The notes: generated from the letters alone by a model not told the origin. Positions 35,424-48,404 are shown, numbered from the whole stretch's first letter. The stretch: 63,958 bases of DNA, filler included, from Thelocarpon superellum (GCA_026025795.1; 15 parts of 15 records of this genome joined end to end with filler, not necessarily neighbours in it); one strand, 5' to 3'. Translations and numbers: made by a program.

Positions 35424-35952
35424 GATGGTGTTCGGAGCGTTGAATGTCACGGACAGGTGATCGGTGGGGAGCAGCACAAGCGTTGGAGTGGGAAGACCTG
35501 CTACTGAGGCCGGGAGAGATCGGAGCACATCGAGAGTATGGTCATACGACGGCGAGACGATTCTTGAGAAGTTATCCGGCCAGGTTAGGGCAGAGTGAAG
35601 CCTTAATAATCCGTTCGATCACACTGTCGAACTGCCGCTGACGCGTGAAGCGGGCGAATTTGAGGAAACGCGATTTAGCGTGTCGAACTCTAAAAGTGAA
35701 GCTTCGAGCGAGCTGCATCCAATTGGTCTTCTGGATGTATCGGGTCGATCGCCCAGCGCAGAGGTGCCTCACTCTCGTGCTGCTACTTACAAGGCAGTCG
35801 TGTAGAAGGGGACGGATGATAGGATCATTGAGAGTCCTTGCAGCGGCCAGCCGTCCCATGGGTGTCGACACCAACAGATTCATGCTATGGACGAATACCG
35901 TACAGATCCCCCAACTAATTTTTCACCCCCCTATGCCTTCCCTATGCCTACC

Positions 35953-36340
35953 CTATGCCTTCTTCTTCCCGGCTGCCTTGGCCTTGGCCACCCGTCGCTG
36001 ATTACTCCGGATCATGACCACGCTTAAGAAGGAGCCGACCACGGCCGACCCAAGGAGGATCAAGATGACGGGTATCCGGATGGCCCACGCTCGAGGCGGA
36101 AAGAGATCGTGCAGGGGATGACCAGGGTCGACGAAGGGCTGTCACGGCAATTAGAATTTGTCTCATTAAGCAGCGAAGTGTACTCACCATCAACAAAGTC
36201 CAGATCGTGTAGTAGAGAAAGACGGCGGAAGCTACCACGAGCATGGCGAGACCGATGAGTTTATCAAGCTGGAAGTGAAGAACAGTCAACGTACATCCTT
36301 CATAGACGAGGTAATGGGGAGCATGATGTATCCTTACCAT
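35953..36340 (-). CDS. DPM2: Dolichol-phosphate-mannose synthase regulatory subunit Dpm2, 2 introns (first directly after ATG)
   Basis: M|LDKLIGLAMLVVASAVFLYYTIWTLLM|PFVDPGHPLHDLFPPRAWAIRIPVILILLG; C-terminal KKKA ER-retrieval motif. Confidence 0.95.
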
Positions 36341-36702
36341 GGCTGCAAACATGCATCAAAAGGAAGCTGATGAAGTGAAGATGAGGATATGACTTGGACG
36401 TAGATGAAGGAGGGGAGTGGGCTGGACGTCGGCGATGAAGGAAATCTAGCACAGGTCAACTGAGTTTACGTGTGAGTGCTGGGGCCAGGCAGGCGACCAC
36501 CCGGACTGAGAGGGATCGCTAGGGGATATTTCGAGGGACAAGAGATACTGAAGCTGCGCAACGTCCATCACGTGCCTTCTTCCCCAAGCAAAAAGTTCAC
36601 GTACGGCGATGGAAACTCTCTCATCTGGTCCGAAGGGGAGAACAGAAGCCATGAGTCTTGCCTGACACCGATCCTCTGGAAAGGTCAACTCGGTCGTCCA
36701 TC

Positions 36703-39391
36703 ATGGCAGACTCCGTCGTCCTCCAGTCGGCCGTCCGTCTTCCTACTCCGCCACCGCCTGAGGAATATTCCGCGGTGGCAGGGAAGCGCAAACGGTCGTC
36801 CGTCTCTCGCTCGCCCTCTCCACGACGTCGACCCTCACCACCACGCGGTCCGCCGCGGACGGGCCCTGTGCTGCCCGACGTAGACCCGCAGCGAGCGATG
36901 GAGCGTGAGCGGCAACTTGCGGAACGACTACGGGCCCGAGAGACCGAGACGGCCGCCCCTCCCCCCGCCCGCACCGAGGAGGAGAAGCAGGCGGCGGCCA
37001 AGGCGGAGTATGAGCGCCTGCTCAACGTCCGCTCCGGCGGAACCTACATCCCGCCCGCGCGTCTTCGAGCGCTGCAGGCACAGATCACGGACAAGAGCAG
37101 CAAAGAGTACCAGCGCATGGCGTGGGAGGCGCTGAAAAAGTCCATCAACGGGCTCATCAACAAGATCAACGTGTCCAACATCAAGTTCATCGTGCCCGAG
37201 CTGTTCGGTGAGAATCTAGTCCGGGGCCGGGGTCTCTTCTGTCGGAGCATCATGAAGGCCCAGGCGGCCAGCCTCCCCTTCACTCCCATCTACGCCGCCA
37301 TGGCGGCCATCGTCAACACCAAGCTGCCCCAGGTCGGCGAGCTCTTGCTCAACCGGCTCATCGTGCAGTTTCGCAAGGCGTTTAAACGCAACGACAAGGC
37401 CGTGTGCCTCTCGGCTACCACCTTCATCGCCCATCTCTGCAACCAGCAGGTGGCGCACGAGATGGTGGCGGCGCAGATCCTGCTGCTGCTGCTCAACAAG
37501 CCGACCGACGACAGCGTGGAGATCGCCGTGGGCCTGACGCGCGAGGTCGGACAGCATCTGGAGGAGATGAGTGGATCCATCGCGCTCGCCGTCTTCGACC
37601 AGTTCCGGAGCATCCTGCACGAGGCTGACATCGACAAGCGCGTGCAATACATGATCGAGGTTTTGTTCCAGGTGCGCAAGGATCGGTACAAGGATAACCC
37701 GGCCATCAAGGACGAGCTCGATCTGGTGGAGGAAGAGGATCAGATCACGCATCGGACGGGCCTCGACGACGATATCGATGTGCAGGATGGGCTTAATGTC
37801 TTCAAGCTTGACGAGGAGTGGGAAGCGCACGAGGCGGCCTATCAGAAGCTGAAGGCGGAAATTCTCGGCGAAGCCGATGACAGCGATGAGGAGGACGGTG
37901 ACGAGACCGACGACAGCTCCGAGAACGAGGAAGCCAAGGAGGAGCGAGAATTGGAGATCAAGGACCAGAGCAACACGGACTTGGTGAACCTGCGACGGAC
38001 CATCTACTTGACCATCATGTCGAGCATCGACTTTGAAGAGTGCTGTCACAAGTTGATGAAGGTATGCAAACCTGTGGAGAGAAATCCGGGGCCAAGTGAC
38101 TGATGAGCGATAGGTCACGCTACCTCCTGGGCAAGAGCCGGAGTTGCCCTCGATGGTGATTGAGTGCTGCTCGCAAGAGCGGACCTACTCCAAGTTCTAC
38201 GGTCTCATCGGCGAGCGATTCTGCAAGCTGAACCGGCTCTGGACGGATCTGTACGAGCAGTCCTTCACCAAGTACTATGAGACGATCCATCGGTTCGAGA
38301 CCAACCGCCTGCGCAACATCGCGCGTTTTTTTGGCCATCTCCTCAGCTCCGACGCCATCGGGTGGCACGTCATGTCGATTGTGCATCTGAACGAAGACGA
38401 GACGACGTCCAGCAGCCGGATCTTCGTCAAGATCCTCTTCCAAGACCTGGCAGAATCGTTAGGCATGGTCAAGCTGCAGGAACGGCTCCGCGACGACTTC
38501 CTCCAGCAGAGCTTCGACGGACTGTTCCCCAAGGACCATCCACGCAACACCCGCTTCTCCATCAACTACTTTACCAGCATCGGCATGGGCGCCGTGACAG
38601 AAGGGATGCGAGAACATCTCAAGAACCTGCCCAAGCCTGTCATTCCTGCTCTTCCCGCCGCGGCGCCTGATGCGGCCTCGGAGACTGGCAGCTCCGTGTC
38701 AAGTTATTCATCGTACACGGGCTCTTCTCGATCTCGGTCGCGGTCGCGATCATCCTCCCGGTCTCGGTCGCGGTCGCGGTCGCGGTCGCGGTCGCGGGAC
38801 AGGTACCAGAGTCGACGCGGACGAGATCGAAGCTATGCGCGATCGCCGTCCCGCTCTCCCACGCCGCCGCCTCGACGTGCTAGAGCGAGGGCGGGACCAG
38901 CTGGACGAGAGCGAGAGCGAGGGCGGGGACGCAGTTCATCATTCTCGTCGCGGTCGCGATCACGCTCGATTTCGCCGTCGCCGCCGCCACGACGCCGCCG
39001 CGACCCGTCCCTTTCTCCTTCTCCACCGCGTCGATCCCGCCCCGGTCCACCCGCACGTAGAGACCGCGACCGCTCCGTCTCGCCGCCACCGCGCCCACGA
39101 GGCCGAGGAGACGGAGGCGGAGGGGGAATCAGACGCGGACGTGCGCGGTCATACAGTCTCACGCCCAGCAGTCGAAGATACAGTGCCAGTCCAAGTGGCA
39201 GCCGCGAGAGGGAGAGGGAGAGGGAGAGGGAGAGGGAGAGACCAAGAGGCGCGAGGCCGTACTCACGTTCTGCGACGCCTCCTCCTTCGTCACGAAGAAG
39301 GGGAGGACCCGATGCGCGACGGGGCCGGCACGATGACTCTCCGTCTCGGTCGCCTGTGCCTGTGCCTGTGCCTTCTCGCCGTGCTCGCTAG
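36703..39391 (+). CDS. CWC22: Pre-mRNA splicing factor Cwc22 (MIF4G + MA3 + RS-rich tail); intron 38062-38113
   Basis: [78 protein letters not shown]; tail encoded by (TCGCGG)n and (GAGAGG)n. Confidence 0.97.
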
Positions 39392-40129
39392 TTCTACCCT
39401 CTGGTAGTGTGCGTGGGAGCGTGNNNNNNNNNNNNNNNNNNNNNNNNNNNNNNNNNNNNNNNNNNNNTTAATTAATTAANNNNNNNNNNNNNNNNNNNNN
39501 NNNNNNNNNNNNNNNNNNNNNNNAGGGAGGGAGGGGAGAATAAGGGAAGAGGGAGATGGTGAGAAGAAGAGGCCGGACAACAAGGCAGCGGTGAACAGAA
39601 CATCTCCACCTGGTTTCCTTTTGATTCGACACTTGATACTTGACCGTGACGACTTGTCATTATCGTCACTTACTCAAGTAGCAGTCCGTGTGTCCGTGTG
39701 TCCGTCCGTGCGTCAGCTAGTCATTTATTTCCTTGAGTTCCCTTACCTTAGTTACTTCAGGTACGAGTTCCTAGGCCCGTAATTTTCGTCACACTCCGCC
39801 CTTGATGTTATTGACGGTTTCGACTTCTCCTCGCTCGCTCGTTCGTTCGGTCGTTCTTTCGTTTCGTGCTTTATTCTCATTTATGGTATGCTGACTACCC
39901 TGTGCTACTTGGTGCTTTCCTTTCCTTTCGTTGCCATGGCTATTTGAGAGTGGTTTCTTGAGACACTTCTTCCCTTGGGGTATGCTGTTTGAAATGGCGT
40001 GGCGATGATATCGACGGATCATTCTACTCTAGGCACGGGACGAACAGATGCACGTATGGAGGTAGGAAAGGCGGGGCGGGAAGCATGACGTCTCCCCAGC
40101 CCAGCCCAGCCTTGGTAACAGCCTAGGTC

Positions 40130-41046
40130 TCACGTCTCGGTGGAGCCCAAGATAAACTGCTCCAATTCCCGATGCGCCGTATCGAGGTCGTCGTTGACGA
40201 TGATCTTCTCATGCGCGCCCTCCGTCTGTGCATACGCGAGCTCTTTCTCGGCCTGGTCGAGCCGCTTGCGGATCGAGACCTCGTCTTCCGTGCCGCGGCC
40301 GCGTAGACGCTGCTCGAGGATCGCTAGCGAGGGCGGTGCGATAAACGTGAAGCGTGCGTTGAGGTTGGTTTTCTTGACTTGCTTGACGCCCTGGTGATGC
40401 GATCCAGACATGAGTATCAAGACGTGGGTTGATATGTATGTAGGGGTAGGTAAGGGTAGGTAGGGCAGGGAGAGGAGGAGGACCGTGGCATTTTACCTCC
40501 ATCTCAATGTCCAGAATACATATCAGTCCCTTGTCTGCCACATCGCGCACCGCCTTGACGCTTGTGCCGTAGTAGTTTCCCGAAAACTCCGCATTTTCGA
40601 TGAACCCGCCCTGCTCGACAAGAGCAAGGAAATCTTCTCTCGACACGAAGTTGTACTCCCGTCCGTCTCGCTCGCCTTGCCGTGGAGCGCGGGTCGTGTC
40701 TGTAGACGGGTGAGGTCCACCCTCGCAGTCAGTAGTTGCCACGCTGGCTGCGTTGAGAGGATTCGCGGTGCTCGAGAAATCGTGCGAGGGGAGGTTCCTT
40801 GGTGCTCGGGCAGTAGTCGGACGGGAGCAGAGACGGGGTTTGAGGAAGCAAGGAAAACGAACGGGAAACAGAGTAGCCAAAGGTGCCGGGATGCTGAGCG
40901 ATGAGTCGCGTCAGCAGGGTGGATTTGCCCGTTCCGCTGGGCCCGGAGACGACGACCGGTCGAGGGTGATTGCTGGCTGACAGGACATGTCAGATCTTGA
41001 GCCGTGGCCACGCCAGACTTGAGGCGGCACACTCACGTGGGGCCAT
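40130..41046 (-). CDS. GUK1: Guanylate kinase; introns 40977-41036, 40700-40862, 40391-40496 (longer isoform from ATG 41148)
   Basis: [17 protein letters not shown]-loop, [69 protein letters not shown]. Confidence 0.96.
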
Positions 41047-41494
41047 TGGGCGATTCGGCCTCGATACCCACGTCGCCACCGATCGTAAAGAAGAGAATCG
41101 AGGGGTGAAGATATGTCTCACCGGCAGGAGTGTCGTGCCGGGGAGCATTCGTGAGGTTAAGGATGTCGTGGCTCGGGCTCATGACCCAACTACCGAGCGG
41201 TGTGTGAGACGGTGAGCCGATGTGACTTTGCACGACGTCGGAGAGTAGGACCCTACTTGCACCACCCGACAACCATCCTACGCCACGGCAGGGACAAGAT
41301 TTACAGATACAGGGTCGGCGTCATTCGGGAAGTGAGACCCTTTTCGGTGTCATCAATATCTCGTCGAGGTGCGCAATGCCTGTCGTAGATGCTATCGCTC
41401 CCACAACCCAGAAACCGACTGGATCATGCCCAAAACGCCACTAATGATACACGGCAGCGTCGAATCCCAAGCCCCACAAACTCTCGTGAAGAAG

Positions 41495-43518
41495 CTAGGA
41501 TGGCTTCGAGGAACTCGAGATGCTTCCCGATCGGGAGTCCTTTGCGCCCTGCTGTGCCTCTTGCTCCAAGAAACCTGACCATAGCTCCGCGAGGGACTCC
41601 TTGTTGCCGCCCGCGTTGGCGAAGAGATCGGAATGGAGCACAGGTGAGCTCGGGGTCCGGTTGAACGGAGAGATGGGTGTGCGAAGACTGTTGTTGGAAG
41701 CACCCGGCCTGGCTAGACCCGCCTGCTCGCGTTGGTCTGCAGGGATCAGAATGGGTCAAAGGGATCAGCGAGAGAGTGCACGTACCGTCGGACCAATTGA
41801 GCAGGGCAGCGATCAATTGGAGCACTTGGAATTTCTTGGGGTCGGCTCGGTCGAGCGCGAGAAAGTGTAGGAAGTGATTGGTAACAATATGTCTGCCATG
41901 ATCAGTGATCGTTCACCTCGAGCGACGTCAGACAAGGGGCTAGGATACCTGTCGATGTTGTCCTCGGGCTTGCCCCGCTTCAGGACGCGCAGAGCCTTGG
42001 TTAAGTGGTCGTTCAGAATGACGGCTTCGTGCCTCAATTTGCCAATCAAGAGGTTCTTTTCCTTCACCTCTTTCTCAAATGGCCGGACTCTCTCCAGCTC
42101 TTTCTTCGTCGCATCCACAGCCGAATGTGATTCATGCGCCCTGCTTTCCAGCTCTTGGAGTTGCTTCCGGAGTGCGTCGACCTGAGCCTCGTTGCTCTCG
42201 ACAAGCTCTCGTAGCTCCTGCTTGCGCGCTGTGTGGTTGCCGTCAGCATTGCACCGATTGATCGACATGACCAAGACGTACCATCCTGAATATCTTGCAA
42301 CGCTCGTTGTAAGCCATCGACGGTCAAGGACTGATTGTCCCGCTCCGCGGCGGCCTTCTCGTAAGCCTCCTTCTGGTGGGATAGCTGCTCTTCGCTTTCC
42401 GCCAGTCGCTCGGTCAATCCCTCGCGCATCGACCGTTCCTCCATGGCCAGGACTTCCCAATCCTGCATCGCTTGCTTGGCCGCCTCGAACTCTTCTCGCG
42501 CGAAAGCCTCGCGCGTGACCAGGTCTTCCCGCTCCTTGCTCCAGTTCTGCTGAGATAGATTGGCACGGTTGCGGAAGCTCGACAGCTCTTTGGAACGCTG
42601 ATCGCCCTCTTCCCTCAGCTTGGCCACGTCTGCCTCCAGGGTCTCGTTACGCTCTTGGAGCGCTTTCTTCTCCTCTTCCAGCTCGTCGATCTGGTCTTTG
42701 GCTTCGCCAAGCTCGGCCTAGATCCTTCTTAGCCAATGATGCAGGATCGAGAATTCGCGACGCGCCCTACCCGATCGGCTTTGAGCCGTTCGCCCAGCTG
42801 TGATTTAATGGTGTTCACTCTGCCCAGGAGGTTCTGGTACTGCGTCTCGGCTTGCTCCTTCTCGCCCTGCGACTCCTCTAGCTGCGTTTGAAGCTTCGTG
42901 ACCTCGCCGTCATGTCTTCGCTGGAGCTCTTGCAGCGACTGCCGCAGCTGCTCCACCTCCGTCTGCAGCGCCTCGCGATCCTTGGCCAGTGCCTCGAGAC
43001 GGACCTCGGGTTTGGAGACCGGCGCTGTGCCGGTGGAGGGCATGGGCGTGCCATTTCCCGCCTGATGGTCCAGACGCTGCTCGGGTGCCTGCGTTGACAC
43101 AGCAGGCGAAGCATTTGTTGTCGCTTTGGGCCCTTGCGATTCCGCGTCGTCCGGCCCGGGCGCCACGCCATTGGCCGCTATCTCCTGCACAGCAAAGAAT
43201 CGGTCAACGGGCCAAAAATGCAAAGTCGGTCGTTTGACGTACCGTCGGAGTCTCGGGTTCGTCGAGATCGCCCGTGTCCCCCTCGGGTGCTGGGTCATGG
43301 CCCTCCCTCGATCCATTCGTCTTGGCCGCGTGCTCGTTTCCTTCTGGTTTGGAGGTCGACTTCTTCTTCTTCTTGTTGCTTGACTTCTTACTTCTCGACA
43401 CTGTACAATAGAATTAGCAATAGCGATACCCAGGACATGCCCGTCGCAACCGGCCGGTGTGCTTGCCTTGATCACTCGAAGCCCCCAGCGCTGCGTTCGA
43501 GCTGGCGACAGCTGACAT
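41495..43518 (-). CDS. RUD3: Golgin Rud3/GMAP-210-like (coiled coil + GRAB domain); first intron 43401-43466 is GC-AG
   Basis: YQNLLGRVNTIKSQLGERLKAD, AKQAMQDWEVLAMEERS, KEVKEKNLLIGKLRHEAVILNDHLTKALR.LK, IDRQIVTNHFLHFLALDRADPKKFQVLQLIAALL.W, ESLAELWSGFLE. Confidence 0.92.
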
Positions 43519-44329
43519 GGCCGGAGGTTACGATGGGTTTCGCAACCGACTGATCACGGCGGTACGGTATGCAGTGGTGCTCCTTGAGCGGATCCGTCCT
43601 GGCCCACCATGCGATGTGGGTATCGATGGCCAGGATGTTGCGTATGCGTATGCGAATGTACAATCACGGCGACTANNNNNNNNNNNNNNNNNNNNNNNNN
43701 NNNNNNNNNNNNNNNNNNNTTAATTAATTAANNNNNNNNNNNNNNNNNNNNNNNNNNNNNNNNNNNNNNNNNNNNCTCTCGCTCTCTCGCTCTCTTCGTC
43801 TATCAGTTGGAGGGGCATTGATGGCGTTTCTCTCCCCTCGTACTCTTTTTTCATACATGGTGCGGGCAGTCTATGATACGACGATCTCTTTCCTCCATTC
43901 AAATTTATGAGAAGCATGGATAGTGCACATGGGAAATACGCAGGAAATATGCATGGTGCACGGCGGGTTTGTGAGGGTAACAAAAGGCGGCTCCCTTACT
44001 GAAACACTCTTCATTGCGCCTATGATGCTCCCTTTCTCACAGATGAGAAGACATGGCACTCTCATACGTCGGTAGGTAAGTTGCAGTCTTCTTCGGTTCC
44101 GAAAAGCAAGAAAAGGACCTGCGTGCCACTGCCATCGCCGTTGCCTCAGCGCTTCCGTATCCGTATCCGTACCGTACCACTCTGATCTGATCCGCGATCC
44201 TTGTCCTCATCCTCGACGGTGCCTCAACATCTCCCCCTTATTGTATTCAGTCCACAAAGTCTCGGCTGTCTCCGGTTTGGTGACTCCCTCCTCCTTGTTC
44301 CTTGCTCGTCCTCGAGATGGATTGGCATT

Positions 44330-44689
44330 CTATGCGGTCGGGTTGGGATTCATCTGTGCAGAAAGAGACATCAGTTTGGATGGCTTCCTGAGGGACACGG
44401 GTCTCGTCGAGACGTGGCATGAGGTGACGAACCTTTCGCTTGCCACCGGTCATCGTCACGTTGACGAATCGTCGAGTGTAGGTTATCCGCTTCTTCGCCC
44501 GGCCCTTGGGCGTCTTCTTCTTCTCTTGAGGCTCGACCTGGGATTCGGAGAGAGTGAGTGAGCTATGACTTGCCATGTGTCTGTCCAGGACCGCCAGCCA
44601 GGGGCCCTGTCGTGGGAAACTGGACGTACCTTTGGCGTCTGCGACTTGACCTTTCCAGCACGCGCGAGCGATCCGTGAACCTTACCCAT
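44330..44689 (-). CDS. RPS30: 40S ribosomal protein S30 (eS30); introns 44538-44629 and 44354-44432
   Basis: [62 protein letters not shown]. Confidence 0.98.
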
Positions 44690-45394
44690 GATTGCGGTGT
44701 TGGATGATGGAGACGATGGGGGGTTGGTTTGATAGATGGATGGATGAACGTCTGAGTGGCGGATTTATCGTCGGATGGTCTTCCTTGGAGAGATGCAGAG
44801 GGGAGATTTCGAAGAGAAGCAATCCCAAAGGTTACAAATCGTTCGAGGGATCAGTTGAAGTTTCAATAGTTGATGAGTCAACGACTTGACGATGGCGATG
44901 TTGGGCAATAGGCCAATGCGCGAGAGTCCTGGTCTGCCCACTACCGAGCCAGGATTTCTTCGTAGCGAGCAAGGGCAAGACCTAGCGCCGTGTTCCCCTC
45001 TACTGTACCACACTCAAGTCAGAACAAAGACTCGTGAATCATGCTGATAAGTCATTTCCACTCATTCCTCTTTGCTACACGGAAATTCTGGCTCCAGATC
45101 ATCCGCGTCCCTCGTCAAGTCCTGCTGACCATATCTGTGCTTTGTCCATCTCCACCATAGGTGAGGTGTCCTTGGTCACGTGCTAGGCCGTGTTGATTTC
45201 GTCATGGTGAAGTCGTCCTCCACGGGGAGCTCCGTACGTCGCTCGCTGGACGGCTGACCGATGTCCATGATGTCCATTCATGAGCTACTCACTCTCAAAG
45301 CGGCGAGCCTGTCAGCAGAACGACGTGCAGCCTTGGTTACGATCTCATGCGCTAGAGAATTGTACACAGTTCATTCCGAGATAGCGCTTCCAGA

Positions 45395-46276
45395 ATGATC
45401 GTCTCAAGTCTCTTATCCGTCCTTGCCATAGCCCCTCTAAGCGTGAGCTCCTCTATCCTACCCCCACCACAACACGTCTTCTCCAACCCGTCCACATCCC
45501 CACCGACAACGCTCCGCATCCCCTCGATCCACGAGTCGGCCGTGCAAGCTCGCCGCATCTTTTCCCTCACACCCCTTGGCACGCTCTCCACTGTCTTTCC
45601 ACCGCACGCCAGCGCCGACGAGGATGCGGGGCTCTCTCACACCCCCAGCTCACTAGGCGGGGCGCCTATCGGGCTGATGGACTACACCGCCGACTGCTCA
45701 TCTGCGTCCAAGGCACCCAGCAGCGATGCAGGCGAGCAGAGCACGCAAGACGGCGACCCCGTGATCCTCGCCATCTCGATCGCGACGTCATTCAAGAACG
45801 TGGAGGCGGGGTCCAACATCTCCCTCTCTCTACGGTGGCACCCGCCGTCGAATTACAAATACGCGTACTCGGCTGCGTCACTTCCCCGGTTCAGCCTGAT
45901 GGGATATCTGGCGAAGATACCGGACGAGGAGGTGCTACGGGAGAACATCGCCCAGTGCTTCGTCGGATATCACGCCGATGCCGCTGCCTGGTTGCCGGGA
46001 AACCCGATCCATCGCAGCGAATGGGTGCGTCTGGTCGTTCAGGAAGTGTATTGGATTGGGGGGTTTGGGGATCGTGCGTACATTGGTTGGATCCCGGCCG
46101 AAGAGTGGAGGAGCGTGACGAAGGCGGAAATGGACTCGATCCGCTTGCCGGGAGAGATAAGAGCTGGAGCTGGAGCTGGAGCTGAAATGTTCGACGACAA
46201 TTTGGTCCGGGGTCGGATCTCTGTGGAGGGATCTCTGATGGATGTTATGAGAGGCTGGATGCCGGATTGGGCTTGA
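45395..46276 (+). CDS. Secreted/vacuolar CREG-like FMN-binding split-barrel (pyridoxamine-phosphate-oxidase-domain) protein
   Basis: Signal peptide; IPSIHESAVQARRI...GTLSTVFP, PIGLMDY.ADC, G.P.ILAI.IATSFKN..AGSNISLSL, PRFSLMG, HADAAAWLPG..IH...WVRLVVQEVYWIGGFGDRAYIGWIP. Confidence 0.88.
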   Translation: MIVSSLLSVLAIAPLSVSSSILPPPQHVFSNPSTSPPTTLRIPSIHESAVQARRIFSLTPLGTLSTVFPPHASADEDAGLSHTPSSLGGAPIGLMDYTADCSSASKAPSSDAGEQSTQDGDPVILAISIATSFKNVEAGSNISLSLRWHPPSNYKYAYSAASLPRFSLMGYLAKIPDEEVLRENIAQCFVGYHADAAAWLPGNPIHRSEWVRLVVQEVYWIGGFGDRAYIGWIPAEEWRSVTKAEMDSIRLPGEIRAGAGAGAEMFDDNLVRGRISVEGSLMDVMRGWMPDWA

Positions 46277-46801
46277 ACTGTACACCTTGGGTGGAGAGTC
46301 GGAAACAGTACATAGGAGATCATCTTGGGGGAAACAACCTATGTACAAACGCGAATGTAGTCCAAACGAGGAGCAAGGTAGATAAGTAGAACGTACCGTC
46401 GTACAACTGTCTACGGGACCCTCGCCCTCGCCTCACCCGAATGACGCCGCTCTCGCTGGGCATGCTTAGTGATGTGCGTGACGTCGCATGTCCTAACACT
46501 GCACGCTGCAATTGAAATGTGTTGGAGTCTGATGTACTCGTACCCGAAGTTCGGGTACGAGTCCCGAACTCATACAGTGGACGATTGTTGCATTGCATTG
46601 CGAAGGATTCTGCAGGACGGTCTAGTCCACTGCCAACCACTCCGCCTTCGTTTGCATTCAGCTCTGTGCACTTATACTTCCTCTGTCAAACATGATCTGA
46701 GATATGTGTCTTGTATTGGGCTCCCCCACCTGGAGAAAGCACCAAGTAGATGCCTCCGCGCTCGCACGTCCTCGCGGAGAGTGCACGATGTATGTTCACC
46801 T

Positions 46802-47209
46802 TTTCGCCTCTTCGCAACCACGGTGTGGTCCATTGCTGATATTCTGTGGTTGGTCCTGAGGTAGACCCAGGATGCCGTGCGCGTCAAAGCTTCCCCGCTA
46901 GGCTATAGTGAACAGGATCAAGATGCTCCGTCTCAATCCGGTACCAGCTTGGAGGTCCCGCTTGTCTTTCTCTATAATCGTCATGCCTGCTCAGCCGTGG
47001 TCGGGGGGCAGAAGGCTAATCTTGTCACAGACACCGGATCGACGATTGCGTTCGTCCCGTTCAAGTGGTCAAGGTTTTTCAATACAAGAACGCCATCAAT
47101 CGCAGGCTGCCGTTCTTTCGGTCCTTCTACGTGGCCTTTGACTTCAACTCCACCAATGGAGCCGTACCTCGCATCGGCTTCGCTTCTCGAGATCTTCAGA
47201 GGTGAGTAG
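46802..47209 (+). pseudogene. Possible remnant of a secreted pepsin-like aspartic protease
   Basis: Hydrophobic leader FRLFATTVWSIADILWLVLR* then VKASPL, then VVGGQKANLVTDTGSTIAFV (DTGS catalytic motif context); in-frame TAG 46862-46864; no second lobe seen. Confidence 0.4.
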
Positions 47210-47545
47210 TGAGAGAATTGGAGATGGGGACAATGCAACATCGAGGCGATGCAAGGGGCGTTGGCGAGAGAGTGAGGTCGCCTCTTTCGACCTTGTTCCA
47301 GCGAGGCAGTAGTGCGATCGCATGGGCTCGGAAGAAAGAGGCCCATTCGCTGCATCGGGACGGGCAAATGTGCGCCGTGACCGCAAATCTCCATTCCATA
47401 GGTATGTCTTGCCGTTGAAATATAAATTGAAGAGAGTAGAACCAAGCGCGTCAATTTGATCGATCGAAGACGCTTTTTTCCCCTTGTCCACTTGACTGCA
47501 GTGCGTTGTTCCCTCTCTCCTTCCTTCCACATCAACACTGCAACC

Positions 47546-47610
47546 CTTGATCTCTGCTTGATCTTCGCTTGATCTCCGCTTGACCTTTGCTTGATCTTTG
47601 CTTGATCTTC
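47546..47610 (+). repeat. Degenerate 11-bp minisatellite (CTTGATCTTTG) x6
   Basis: Read directly. Confidence 0.9.
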
Positions 47611-47682
47611 CCTCTCCCCGCCGAGTTCCCCCAATCTTCGACATCTCCGTCAATCTAGTCAGCTACCAGCCACAGCTACCCG

Positions 47683-47915
47683 CTACTCATTCGGCGGCGA
47701 CATGCGCATGCGTTTCGTGGTGAGATCGATGGCGCTGGTTCGGAGATCGAGACGTTCCCTACGCTTCCGAGCTGGTGCGGGACCGTTGTTGGAGAACGGA
47801 CTCATTGGCGGAATGCTCGAGAAGCTGGGGGTAGGCGATGGCATCGTCACTGGGGCTGCCGGTGCTGGGGCCGGCGGGTAGCGAAAACCCGAGGTTGAGA
47901 TCATGTCGGGCGGGC
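47683..47915 (-). CDS. C-terminal fragment of an unidentified protein (Pro/Ser-rich, basic NLS-like), 5' truncated
   Basis: Open frame from the contig edge to a stop, with coding-like codon usage; RKRRERLDLRTSAIDLTTKRMR. Confidence 0.5.
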
Positions 47916-48015
47916 NNNNNNNNNNNNNNNNNNNNNNNNNNNNNNNNNNNNNNNNNNNNTTAATTAATTAANNNNNNNNNNNNNNNNNNNNNNNNNNNNN
48001 NNNNNNNNNNNNNNN

Positions 48016-48404
48016 ATTATAGCCGAACAGGGGCTGACTTGACCGTCGCGGTGCACCAGCAAGCAAACGACTACACCACATACTGCCTTAACGTGATTGG
48101 CGGCAGCGGCGACCCTGAGGAGAACACTTCCTTGGAGGTGGCGTCTCCCAACTCCTTCAATGAGAATGACGATGGCCCATTTGTCGGATCGCCCTGTGTG
48201 CACGTCACCCCGACCGCGCATGGCTCCGACGTCGTCCTCAGCCTCGACTCGGCCCTCACGAGGACCAAGTGGAACAGCTTCGTCGCCTGCGAATATTACA
48301 CGGACAACTATATGATCGCGCTCAAGGATTATACCAACCCGCGCAGCGATATCTGCCATGATGTCACGCTCGTCGCTACCAATATCGAGGGCTCTTTGCT
48401 GTAG
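48016..48404 (+). CDS. C-terminal part of a hypothetical, probably secreted/cell-wall beta-rich protein
   Basis: Open from the contig edge; spaced Cys residues, WNSFVAC..C.DVTLVA ending typical of small fungal secreted proteins. Confidence 0.5.

Noticed and set aside
38733..39240. (TCGCGG)n and (GAGAGG)n tandem repeats
   Set aside because: They encode the RS/RE dipeptide tail of CWC22, which is ordinary for splicing factors
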